Shown here: piece by piece, positions 1 to 8,800 of the stretch | Layout of the letters: each line of letters opens with the position of its first letter | How positions within the stretch are numbered: the stretch's first letter is position 1 | Origin: a virus | Length of the DNA stretch: 64,000 nt | Virus record (IMG/VR): IMGVR_UViG_3300022562_000354 | Span: 45,945 to 109,944 of that record | Reading direction: 5' to 3' (one strand) | Translations under genes and position numbers: made by a program | Notes under the pieces: model-generated | Told to the model about the DNA's origin: nothing | What the model saw: the letters and a program-made list of their open reading frames with translations, nothing else | The model's database searches: none

Positions 1-1
1 T

Positions 2-646
2 GGTCTTCAACTCTCCGGTGAAGGCAGCGTGAAGCCAAAGCTCACCACGCTTGATGCCCCGGAGAACCTTGTCGATGTTGTTGAGGCCGCAGAACTTTCC
101 CCAAGCGAGGCCCTTGTTGGCCTTGGCCTCTTGGTAGTTGTCCCAGACCTCTTGCCCATCCTCACGGATGTTGCCTTGGATCCGAGCGTTGTGCTGGTAG
201 ACGAGGAGCTTGTGGGCGTTCTGCGAGAAGTGAAGAACGCCATCCCGAAGACCTTGCTTCTTCTCTTGGCCGATGACCAGTCCCTTGGAGATGATCTCCT
301 GCGACTCTTTGAGGATGGTGATCGCCTTGACCCGGTTCTGCTCCTCGACCGTGGTAGAGATCAGGTGGGCGTAGTTCGTACGGATGTACGGCTTTTGCCC
401 CTCGTAGTCCTTGATACGCTCGACGACCTCTTGATCCCGCTTGGCCTCGAAGAAGTCTGCGAGGGTCTGCCTAGCTGGGATCTCCAGGCGTTGATGGAAG
501 TAGTTGAGGACGAAGTCGTAGACCCGCTGGTCAGCCGGCTGCGTCCACTCAACATGGGAAGCGACGAGCTTCTGGAAGTTGGCGACGAGGTTCTCCTGAG
601 AGACCCCACCATCCATGTCGATGACGGACCGTAGGAGGCCCTTCAT
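2..646 (-). CDS. DnaB-like (SF4) replicative helicase, N-terminal part; runs off the window start
   Basis: Not in the ORF track because no stop lies in the window. Hand translation from the ATG at 646 (ATGA overlap with the stop of 643..1527) gives MKGLLRSVIDMDGG...GKFCGLNNIDKVLRGIKRGELWLHAAFTGELKT. This matches the DnaB 'G...lD....G...GeL...aa..G.gKT' lead-in and Walker A. Confidence 0.8.
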   Translation of the reverse strand, partial: MKGLLRSVIDMDGGVSQENLVANFQKLVASHVEWTQPADQRVYDFVLNYFHQRLEIPARQTLADFFEAKRDQEVVERIKDYEGQKPYIRTNYAHLISTTVEEQNRVKAITILKESQEIISKGLVIGQEKKQGLRDGVLHFSQNAHKLLVYQHNARIQGNIREDGQEVWDNYQEAKANKGLAWGKFCGLNNIDKVLRGIKRGELWLHAAFTGELKT

Positions 647-1527
647 ACTGGTCCGCCCCCCGACCGTCGCTTCTTGGGGTTGAACTTGGACCGCCCCCCG
701 CCAAGCACGGGATCGAGAATTGGGTCCAGATCAACCTCCGGTTCAGGCTCCGGAGCCGCCCTCTTTGGGCGTTGCTTGGGTTCGGCTACAGCCACGGCCT
801 TGGTGGTCTCGTCATCGACGGACAGCCCGACGTCATCGTCGGTAAGCCCTGGGCCGCCGCCTTCGATGGGGAAGACCTCAAAACGGTCACGGATGTAGTC
901 GGCCACGTCCCGGCTCCACGTGTAGTGACCTTCCTCAAAGGGAGAATCGGGCTCCTCCACGAGCCACGTGGGTAGCCTCAACGCTTGCCGTACCATGAGG
1001 GCCTCTTTCAAGATGCCGCCCATGGCTTGGTTCTTCCACCCGAGGAACCCCAGCCGAATGATGGCGAGGGTGTGCATCGGGCCAATGAGGTCTTCGATCG
1101 TGTTGTAGGTGGCGATCTCATCCGCCCGTTGCTTCTTGCTGCGGGCTTGGTTCGACTCCTTGCCGAACCAGACGTTGCGGAGCTTCTCGTCCGTCACGAC
1201 CGTAAACGAGAAGCCCTCCAGACCCACCGTGTTGAACTTGCAGATGAACGTCCACTTGAAGTGGGAGAGTATGGCAGACCACCACCCCTTCAAGATGAGG
1301 TTGTTCTTCGTCCTGTCGATGACCGGGGGCTCCCCGTGCTCCACGGCCGGCTGGTAGAGCGGGCTCTCCTGTCCGAGCTTTGCCATGGCAATCTCAGGCC
1401 CCAGCCGAAGCACCACCCGCTTGTTGTAGACGCACACGCAGGACTGCATCCGGTCCGCCTCGACCTCGATGCGATGACCTAGCCCGTGGCAATGCGGGCA
1501 GTCGGGATCCGGTGTTACTGAAGCCAT
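643..1527 (-). CDS. DnaC/IstB-like helicase-loader homolog with N-terminal Zn finger and degenerate Walker A/B
   Basis: CPHCxGxG...CVC Zn ribbon, followed by AAA+-like landmarks NLILKG, LAIIRLGFLG, ILKEALMVR...PTWLV and YIRDRF. Translationally coupled to the DnaB-like gene. Confidence 0.55.
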   Translation of the reverse strand: MASVTPDPDCPHCHGLGHRIEVEADRMQSCVCVYNKRVVLRLGPEIAMAKLGQESPLYQPAVEHGEPPVIDRTKNNLILKGWWSAILSHFKWTFICKFNTVGLEGFSFTVVTDEKLRNVWFGKESNQARSKKQRADEIATYNTIEDLIGPMHTLAIIRLGFLGWKNQAMGGILKEALMVRQALRLPTWLVEEPDSPFEEGHYTWSRDVADYIRDRFEVFPIEGGGPGLTDDDVGLSVDDETTKAVAVAEPKQRPKRAAPEPEPEVDLDPILDPVLGGGRSKFNPKKRRSGGGPV

Positions 1528-1538
1528 CCGGGAATGCT

Positions 1539-1545
1539 TACACCG
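1539..1545 (-). promoter_or_regulatory. CGGTGTA motif, 11 nt upstream of the ATG of 643..1527
   Basis: The same heptamer occurs at the same spacing at 3814..3820. Confidence 0.5.
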
Positions 1546-1556
1546 ACACCAATTCC

Positions 1557-3269
1557 CTACTTTTCACGGAGCGCGAGAACAAGGTCCCGTAGCTCGCCTT
1601 CCCCACGGTCAAACTTGAGCGCCCCTACGGCCGCCTCTCCGATGACCTGGTCGATAAGCCCCTTCTTTTTCCTCAGTTTTTTCACGACCTTATGGTCGAT
1701 AGTCTCGCGATCCTTACCCTTCTTACCGGGACGCTCTGCGATGAGGTGGATGGCGAGCACCTTCTGGTGAGGGCTGCCGATGCGGATCATGCGTCCGAGG
1801 AGCTGGACGTAGTTCCCCCAGGACCACGGGGAGTCGAAGAAGATCATCCCAACGGCCGCCTGGAGGTTGATGGCCTCGCTGCCGGCGTCGGTGATGAAGA
1901 TGACCTTCACGTCGCTGTTGAGGTCTTGGAACTTGTCCTGAGCCTTCTTGCGGTCGGAGTCCTTGTTGATCTTCCCCGTGATGGCGACGCTCTTGATGCG
2001 CTCCGCCGTGAGGAGCTTCTGGAGCCTCCCTACGAGCTTCTCGAAGCGGGTGTAGATGATGACCTTCTCGCCCTCAAACTCCTCTTTCAGAAGGTCGATG
2101 AGAGCCTGCTCCTTAGCGCTCTTGCCCTCGAAGTGCCCAACCCCGATGTCCCCCTCCTCGAACTTGAGGAGCCCGATCGAGTCGACGACCTCTTGCGTGT
2201 AGATGAGGCTCGTTAGCTCCTTCGTTTCCTTGTAGTCCCTCACGTCCCCGTCCCCAAATTCGAGGATGCCAGTGAGGGCCTCTTGGTACTTCTTGTCCTC
2301 CGCTGGGCTCAGCTCGCAAAGGACTTCGCGGGTCGTGAGGGAGGGTAGCTCGTCGCTAACCAAGTGCTTGGGTCTTCCGTAGAAGTAGGGGTCGATGGTC
2401 TCTCGAAAGTGGTTCAGGTTCTTGTACCCAACCACGATGGGGATCTTGGCGCCGCCCTTCACCCGCTGCATCTCGGTGACGCAGTAGACGTTGATGAAAG
2501 CGGTCTTGGACGAGAACGTACCCGGTCGGATGACTTGGTAGATTCCGAAGCCTTCCATGAGGTTGTTCTTCAGGAGGGTCGCCGTCAGACCCCAACATCG
2601 GAACGAACGCTCCGAAAGAAACCTGCACGTCTGGTGCGTCTTCGTGCTCGGATTCTTGAAGGCGGTCGCCTCGTCGAAGATGGTGACGACCTTGGGGATC
2701 CGGTGAGTCAGAGCGTCCAGGTAGCCTCGGCCGGTCACCGCTTGCGTACCCGGCTTGGAGCCCGGCGCTGGGGGTGTCTTGGTGATGCCCTCGTCCCAGT
2801 CCTTGACCATCGAGTGGTAGTTCGTGATGAGGACCGAAGGACCCTCGCTCTTGAACCATGCTTGGTAGGACTCTTTGCGTTGTTTTGGGGTGCCGGTCCC
2901 GATGTACGTCGTGATCCCGGTCGTGAACTTCTCGATCTCGCTGGCCCACTGGCGAATGGCCGACTTGGGACAGACGACGATGACCTTGATCGAGGAGTCA
3001 CGCTCCCAGAGATAGCAAAGGGCTCCGATGGCCTGGACGGTCTTGCCGAGTCCGGTGCCATCACCAAGGACCATCCGGTTGACCATGAGCAGGTGGAAAA
3101 TCCCCTGGCACTGGTAGTACCGGAGCTTGAAAGGCTGCGGTGTCCCGTCGAGACCTATGAACTCCTGACGAAACATCTTCGTCGGGTTCAAAGCCATGGT
3201 CTTGGAAGCTCGGACTTGCTTGAGCTGCTCGTAGACAGGGTTCGTTGTAACAGAGGCCGTCATGGTCAA
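1557..3269 (-). CDS. SNF2-family (SF2) helicase/ATPase
   Basis: LRYYQ, GDGTGLGKT (motif I), VVCPKS, IFDEAT (II), LTAT (III), KVIIYTRF, AGSEAINLQAA (V), QLLGRMIRIG (VI). Confidence 0.92.
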   Translation of the reverse strand: MTMTASVTTNPVYEQLKQVRASKTMALNPTKMFRQEFIGLDGTPQPFKLRYYQCQGIFHLLMVNRMVLGDGTGLGKTVQAIGALCYLWERDSSIKVIVVCPKSAIRQWASEIEKFTTGITTYIGTGTPKQRKESYQAWFKSEGPSVLITNYHSMVKDWDEGITKTPPAPGSKPGTQAVTGRGYLDALTHRIPKVVTIFDEATAFKNPSTKTHQTCRFLSERSFRCWGLTATLLKNNLMEGFGIYQVIRPGTFSSKTAFINVYCVTEMQRVKGGAKIPIVVGYKNLNHFRETIDPYFYGRPKHLVSDELPSLTTREVLCELSPAEDKKYQEALTGILEFGDGDVRDYKETKELTSLIYTQEVVDSIGLLKFEEGDIGVGHFEGKSAKEQALIDLLKEEFEGEKVIIYTRFEKLVGRLQKLLTAERIKSVAITGKINKDSDRKKAQDKFQDLNSDVKVIFITDAGSEAINLQAAVGMIFFDSPWSWGNYVQLLGRMIRIGSPHQKVLAIHLIAERPGKKGKDRETIDHKVVKKLRKKKGLIDQVIGEAAVGALKFDRGEGELRDLVLALREK

Positions 3270-3802
3270 TCCCTGGTCCGCCAGAGGTCCGCCGAGATAG
3301 GTGGAAGCCGCTCGCCAGCCGCAATGGCTTCAAGCCGCTCAGCCTCCATTCTAGCCTCTATCTCCTGCATTCGCCTCAAGTCCTCTTCCGTGGGCTCAGG
3401 CTCCGCGAAGCGTCGGTCCTCATCGGCGAGTACCCGCTTCACGTGGTCGATGAAGGCTTGAGGGGGCTTGACGTTGTGGGCCTCGATGTAGTGAACGAAC
3501 CCTTGCGGCCAAATGAAAGCCGCATCCCCTTGGCACGTAGAACCGTTGTGGGTGCCGCAAATACGGCAAGATGACCAACCACGCCATTGAATGAGGTCCG
3601 GCTGGTTCTTGACGTAGGACAGCACGATGGCCTTTTCTTCGGGATCCCAAGACGGGTCCACGAAGTCCCTTGGATCTGGAAGAAAGTCGTACCTCTTGTC
3701 ATGGTACGACCCTTCTGCGGATCTCCAGTAGCCGAGCGCTTGACGACCCTGAGCTTCGCGGGGAGTGTTGGGGTGAGCGACGAACATGGAGGGAAGAGAC
3801 AT
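3266..3802 (-). CDS. Hypothetical protein, putative metal-binding (CxxC...HYxxxH)
   Basis: CRIC and WPQGFVHYIEAHNVKPP motifs. GAGG lies upstream and the ORF overlaps the SNF2 start. Confidence 0.65.
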   Translation of the reverse strand: MSLPSMFVAHPNTPREAQGRQALGYWRSAEGSYHDKRYDFLPDPRDFVDPSWDPEEKAIVLSYVKNQPDLIQWRGWSSCRICGTHNGSTCQGDAAFIWPQGFVHYIEAHNVKPPQAFIDHVKRVLADEDRRFAEPEPTEEDLRRMQEIEARMEAERLEAIAAGERLPPISADLWRTRD

Positions 3803-3813
3803 CCCTCGCTTAC

Positions 3814-3820
3814 TACACCG
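3814..3820 (-). promoter_or_regulatory. CGGTGTA motif, 11 nt upstream of the ATG of 3266..3802
   Basis: Second copy of the motif at 1539..1545. It sits at the boundary between the lysis and replication modules. Confidence 0.5.
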
Positions 3821-4432
3821 TCACCAGAAGGCGAAGTACAACCCAGCTTGGGGGTTGTGGAGGAGCGTCCACCACGAGAATGCGTAGCCACCGTACGCCC
3901 CGAAGTTCTTGGTGAGGTCTACCCCAACGCCAGCTCCGACCGAACGGAAGCCAGTCGCCACGTTCAGGTTGAACTGGCGGTAGTGAACGAAGTCCCAGAG
4001 GATGCCAACGTCCACGGCTTCTCCAGCCGTGTCCTGCTTGAAAGCATCGACGAAGAGGAAGCTCCCCGCGAACTTGGGTCGGAATCGGAAGCCCCAAACG
4101 GGAGGCTCTCGCTTGGCTACAGCTACATCGAGCTTCCCTTGAGCTTCGACTTCGTAGTTGCACCACGACATCTTCACGGTGTACGGACGTGGCTGCGCTC
4201 CCGAATAGTAGACGCGACCCTCTACGTCCGTGACGATGACAACCGGATCAAGCTGAAACTTCGGCTTTTCCGTCTGGAGGCACTTCTTCTCGCGGAGGAC
4301 TTGGAGGAGGACTTCCATGTCCTCCTTGGGCACGCAGGTAGCTCCGTCAGGACAGGTCTCTTGGGCTTGCGCGTCCACGGGCAGCGTGAAGGGGGCGATC
4401 ATCGACACGAGAAGAGCCCTCCAGCGCATCAC
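3821..4432 (-). CDS. Secreted protein with C-terminal amphipathic beta-strands (putative outer-membrane beta-barrel protein)
   Basis: Signal-peptide-like N-terminus ending AQA, four Cys in the N-terminal half, and about six alternating strands ending ...AGLYFAFW. The start may be the ATG at 4429. Confidence 0.6.
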   Translation of the reverse strand: MMRWRALLVSMIAPFTLPVDAQAQETCPDGATCVPKEDMEVLLQVLREKKCLQTEKPKFQLDPVVIVTDVEGRVYYSGAQPRPYTVKMSWCNYEVEAQGKLDVAVAKREPPVWGFRFRPKFAGSFLFVDAFKQDTAGEAVDVGILWDFVHYRQFNLNVATGFRSVGAGVGVDLTKNFGAYGGYAFSWWTLLHNPQAGLYFAFW

Positions 4433-4989
4433 CCACCGTACTTTGCAAGTAGGTCATCAACCTTGGCGGCGGGGATGCCCGACTTGTCCTTGACCGTCAC
4501 GATGTGGACATCCGGCTTGACCACGACGACTTGGTCCACGTCCTTGTTGGTGACCCCGTCAGGCAAGACGATCTCGGTAGGCTTGTCTTTGCCAGGCTCC
4601 GTGAAGACCACCTTCTTGGGGTCGGAGAAGAGCCCCGGCTCCGTGATGGGCACCACGACCGCCTGAGTCATCCCCTTCGAGTCCGGGGTGCCTGGCTGGA
4701 TGAGCTTTCCGTCTGGGCCAACACGGTCTGGATCGACCGTGTTGGCAACGTCTACGACGGACCCTTCACCCTCCGGGTCCTTCTTCCCGAGGAGCTTCCC
4801 GATGAGCCCACCGATCTGAAGCTCCTTGAAGCCCATCGAAACGAGCACGATCGCCACGATGACGAGCACCACCACGAGGATGGGACCGATCGCCTTCGAG
4901 GTGACCCACGAGAAGGACGACTTGATCGACTCCCAAGCACGGGAGCCCCAAGAGGGCTTCTCAGGGGCGGGAGCGGGGGACGGAGCCAT
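4429..4989 (-). CDS. Single-pass membrane protein (i-spanin-like position)
   Basis: The ATG at 4989 (MAPSPAP...) follows GAGG directly after the holin stop. One strong TM segment, ILVVVLVIVAIVLVSM. The track's longer start at 5328 would overlap the holin. Confidence 0.65.
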   Translation of the reverse strand: MAPSPAPAPEKPSWGSRAWESIKSSFSWVTSKAIGPILVVVLVIVAIVLVSMGFKELQIGGLIGKLLGKKDPEGEGSVVDVANTVDPDRVGPDGKLIQPGTPDSKGMTQAVVVPITEPGLFSDPKKVVFTEPGKDKPTEIVLPDGVTNKDVDQVVVVKPDVHIVTVKDKSGIPAAKVDDLLAKYGG

Positions 4990-4991
4990 GC

Positions 4992-5474
4992 TCAGTCCTC
5001 GTTGCCAACCCCGCCGACCTTGGGCTCGTCCTTGGCCTCTTCCGCCTTGGGCTCTTCCTCTGCCACCGGGCCGGGGGGATCCGAGGTCATCGGAGGAATC
5101 GAGGGCGTCTCGACCTTCACTCCCTTCACGCCAACCTTCACCCCCTTCATGGGACCGCTCTGAACCCACGACCGAACACGGGCGTAGATCAAGGCGGAGA
5201 AAGCCCCGCAGATGGCTCCGTAGGCGATCCGACCCGAGAGCGAGCCATGAACCACGGCAGGCCACACAAAGGTCTTCATGACGACCCCGAGAATGGCGCC
5301 GTTGGCGATGGGGCCGATGGGGAGCCACACCTCTCGCCAGATCCGGTTCTGCTTGGCGTCCTTCCAGAAGCCCTCGACAACCTTACGGATTACGTAGGTC
5401 ATCAAGTAGATGGCGAGGCAGAGAATGAGAGTCTGTGAATTGACGAAAGACTCTACGATGTTGTCAAGGTCCAT
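4992..5474 (-). CDS. Putative holin (three TM segments, charged C-terminal tail)
   Basis: Hydrophobic segments TLILCLAIYLMTYVI, WLPIGPIANGAILGVVM and IAYGAICGAFSALIY. GAGGAG RBS. Lies downstream of the tail genes. Confidence 0.7.
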   Translation of the reverse strand: MDLDNIVESFVNSQTLILCLAIYLMTYVIRKVVEGFWKDAKQNRIWREVWLPIGPIANGAILGVVMKTFVWPAVVHGSLSGRIAYGAICGAFSALIYARVRSWVQSGPMKGVKVGVKGVKVETPSIPPMTSDPPGPVAEEEPKAEEAKDEPKVGGVGNED

Positions 5475-5498
5475 AAGACCCTCCTCAAGTGCCGAGCG

Positions 5499-5513
5499 TA
5501 TAAAAACAAACCG
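5499..5513 (-). promoter_or_regulatory. Putative late promoter, CGGTTTGTTTTTATA
   Basis: AT-rich motif about 25 nt before the holin start. Related copies precede other structural genes. Confidence 0.45.
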
Positions 5514-5519
5514 GCGAAA

Positions 5520-5828
5520 CTACCCGGCCTTCACGTCTACCGAGAGGGTCTCTGCTAGCTCGACAGAGTGGTTTTGGGGCGTTCGAGCCGGTTGTGCAGG
5601 CGGAGCTGGCGGGGGAGGCGGGGCCTCGGGCTTCGGGCAGATGTCATCCACCTTCCCGGACTCCCACCGAGAGACCCAAGCCAGTCTCTCGTGGAGGTCT
5701 TTCCTCTGGGGCTCCGTAAGGTGCGGATTAGAGAGGAGGATGTGGAGTTGCTGCCTGGCTTGGGCCGCCCCCTTCGCTCGAATGTCCGCAGGGACCTCGT
5801 GAATGGTGATCCTACCCCTCGCCATCAC
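5520..5828 (-). CDS. Hypothetical protein with Pro-rich C-terminus
   Basis: Coupled to the stop of 5825..10390 and fills the gap before the holin. Confidence 0.6.
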   Translation of the reverse strand: MMARGRITIHEVPADIRAKGAAQARQQLHILLSNPHLTEPQRKDLHERLAWVSRWESGKVDDICPKPEAPPPPPAPPAQPARTPQNHSVELAETLSVDVKAG

Positions 5829-8800
5829 AAGCTCCCAGGCGGCAACTTGTTGGACAGCGTGATCGTGGCCGGGTCAACCTCGTACTTCACGTGGTTCATG
5901 ACGAGAGGGTGGCCTTCGATGCGGTAAAGCTCGGCGGCTGAAACACCCTCGCCGGTCCCGTTCGTCCCGATGTACAGCGAGGACGAACGAGGAACGTTGG
6001 GTTCCAACGTGTGTGTCGTGGTCACGATCGCCATCATCAACTCATCACCAGCCGAAGCCTCGTTCCCACCCACGTTGGTAACCGAGTTGCGGACCAAGAA
6101 GGCGCGACCGACGATGACCCTGGACGAAGGGTTGATAACGTCGAGGTTGTCGTAGACCGTGAAGACCTCACCGCCCGGCCGGTCCCCGCTAGCCGTGAAG
6201 GCCGACCCTCCTCGGAAGGTCCGGAAGTTGGTGAGGAGCGTGTAGTTGCCCGACTCCCCGTCCACTTGGACCATCACCTCACCCGCCTGACCCGACGAGA
6301 GCGAGGCAGGGAGGAGGTTGATCTCCTCTTGCTCCAAGAGCTTCGTCTTCGCCAAGCTCGTCGTACCGAAGCCCGCCCCTACCTTGTCGAGATAGGTGAG
6401 CGAAGCCTTGCTGACGTTGGTGAAGAAGCCTCCCCGGAAGTCCTTGTCCTTCCAGAAGCCACCGATGGGGAGTCGCTCCGAGCAACCGAGGTACTCAGGG
6501 TTGACCTCCGAAGCTGTCGCCCCGGTGAGAGCCCCCATGAGGATCCTTGGACGCGGATCGATGCCGGTAACCGGGGGGTAAGCCCCTTGGTCCTCAAAGC
6601 CTACGTTTCGGATGTCGTAGGCGTTCGCAGGAACCACGTCCCCAGAGAGTCGGCCGGTCCCCAACGTCGTGATGAAGCCGACCGAGGCTAGGATCTCCAG
6701 AGCCTTTTGGTTCGGCCTGGTGAGGCTGGCTTCGTCGAGCTGTGCCGAGGCGAGTTGGTAGGCCGTCGTCGTTTGGAACGGACCGGGGCTGTACCCAAGG
6801 TCAAGGTACGTAGACTGGCTGCCCCACGGGTCGCCCATGTACGGCGTACGAGAGTAGTTGATGAGAGCCGTATCCGAGGCGCTCATCGGCCCCGGCAAGA
6901 TCGACACGGGACCAAAGATGGCGACGTTCGTGTTCGTCGCCCGGACGCCCGTGTTGGCCTGCGTACGGTCTCGGGAGAGAATCAACCGGAAGGGTTTGTT
7001 GAGGTCGAACGACCCTCGGTCAAACCCGAACAGCGACGCCTCGATGACGTAGTGCTTCGACGAGAAGGTCGGGATCGGAACGGGAGACTTGCTGAGATCC
7101 AGAGCGTCCGCGTTGATGATGAACGTCGAGTCACCGTCGTCGTCGATCTCGATCCAGAAGGTCGGCCCCTTGAAGTTCTGCCGGAGCAAGTTGACCGCCC
7201 CGACACCCAGCGACTCACGGGTCGAGGCGTTGACCCCCGATCCGTTGGCCTTGTAGTCGCTGGCCTCGTACACGGCAAAGAGCCGGGCGATGCCGTAGAA
7301 CGGCGGAAGCTCCAACCCTTGTCGACCAAGACCGCGAGAGTCCGTGAAGAACCGGGCGCCCGCGTGGGTGATACCGCCGAACGAGAACGTCGAGTTGTAC
7401 GTCGCAGGAACGATGGTCAAACCGGAGAAGTTGCCGGTGGACATCGAGGCGTACGAGAGGGGGACGTTCGACGTGTAGTTGATGTACTGCTTGCAGTGGT
7501 CGGAGTCCGTGACCGACGTGTTCAAGCCTTCACGCGACTGAAGCATGAAGTTGAGTCCACGGTGGAACACCGTCCCGTTTTCAGGGAGAATGGGAGCGTG
7601 AACCGCACCCCAGCCGGGCACCAAGTGCCTTGGGAGGGTCACGTAGAAGTTCTTGCGCTCCGCATCGGAGTCCCCGGACCCGGAGAAGAGTCCAAGGGGG
7701 TCGACCGTTCCCCACTTGGCCGTCGTTCCGTCCAGCTTCTTCAAGGGCATGAGCCCTTGCGTGTGGTAGACGGAGTAGGTGATGTTCGTGTCGGTCGGGA
7801 TGGGTCGATCGACGTCGATGGTTGTACCCGTGAAGCTCACGACTCGGTAGTGACCCTGAGCCACCCCACTTGGGATGTAGAGCAGGTCGTCTTCTACGAT
7901 GCCCGCAGCGATGAAGCTGGCCGCACCGTCCGTGAACGTCGTGGACCCAACCGAAGACCCCGTCGTACCCGTCGCGAACGAGGACGTGTAACGGTTCGTG
8001 TTGGACCCATCCTGAGTCCTGATGCCGGTTGGCGTCGCCGGGTAGGCGATACGACGGAACGGGGTGACGATGACCGTCTTGCTCCCCAAGTCCGCGTACG
8101 CCTCAGCCGTGACCGGGAGAAGACCCTTGAAAGTCTCGTTCCGGAACTTGCTCCAGAGAAGTGCCCACCCCGTACGCATCGGGAAGTTCGTAGAGGGCAC
8201 CGCGCTCGGTTGAATCAGGAGGTCCGAGTTGGGGTTGAACAGGGTGATGTTGTGGATCGAGTCCGGCCGCCTCGATAGACCACGCCCCGGCCCGTACTGG
8301 AGATGGGCCGTGATGTAGAGGGTCTGGGCGAAGGGGAAGGGTACACCCGCCCCCTTGAACTCGATCACGACGTCATCGACCGCATCCGGGTTGGACGGGG
8401 TGATGGAGTACCGATGGGGCGGGAGAGGCTCCTCGTACCCGTCGATCCGAATTTCAATGGCCCCACGGCCCTTTCGGATGACGTACGTGCTCGTAGTGGC
8501 CGGAACGACTCGGTCTACAACGAGAGCATTTGCGTCAGTAACACTCTCGACGCGGTAGTCTCCCTTGGCGGCACCCGTGAAGATGACCAGCGTGTCACCC
8601 GGCTCTACCCCAGGAACGAGGAAGTCCACGGTGGAATCCGTGAACGTCGTAGACCCATCAGAGATGCCGTTGGCACTCTCAGCGGGCACCTCGTTCAAGA
8701 AGCGGACTTGGTCGGCATCGGCGCCAGGGACCGTGTTCTTGAACTGAGAGACGGTGACCTTGATGCGGTCACCAAGTCCATCCCCATCCGCCAGCTCAGT

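Noticed and set aside
7-243. 78-aa minus-strand ORF MAFFTSRR...
   Set aside because: Off-frame within the DnaB-like gene. The helicase frame is continuous from 646 to the window edge, so no frameshift is needed.
4990-5328. N-terminal extension of ORF 4429..5328
   Set aside because: Overlaps the holin in another frame and is Arg/Gly-rich without motifs. The ATG at 4989 has an RBS and abuts the holin stop.
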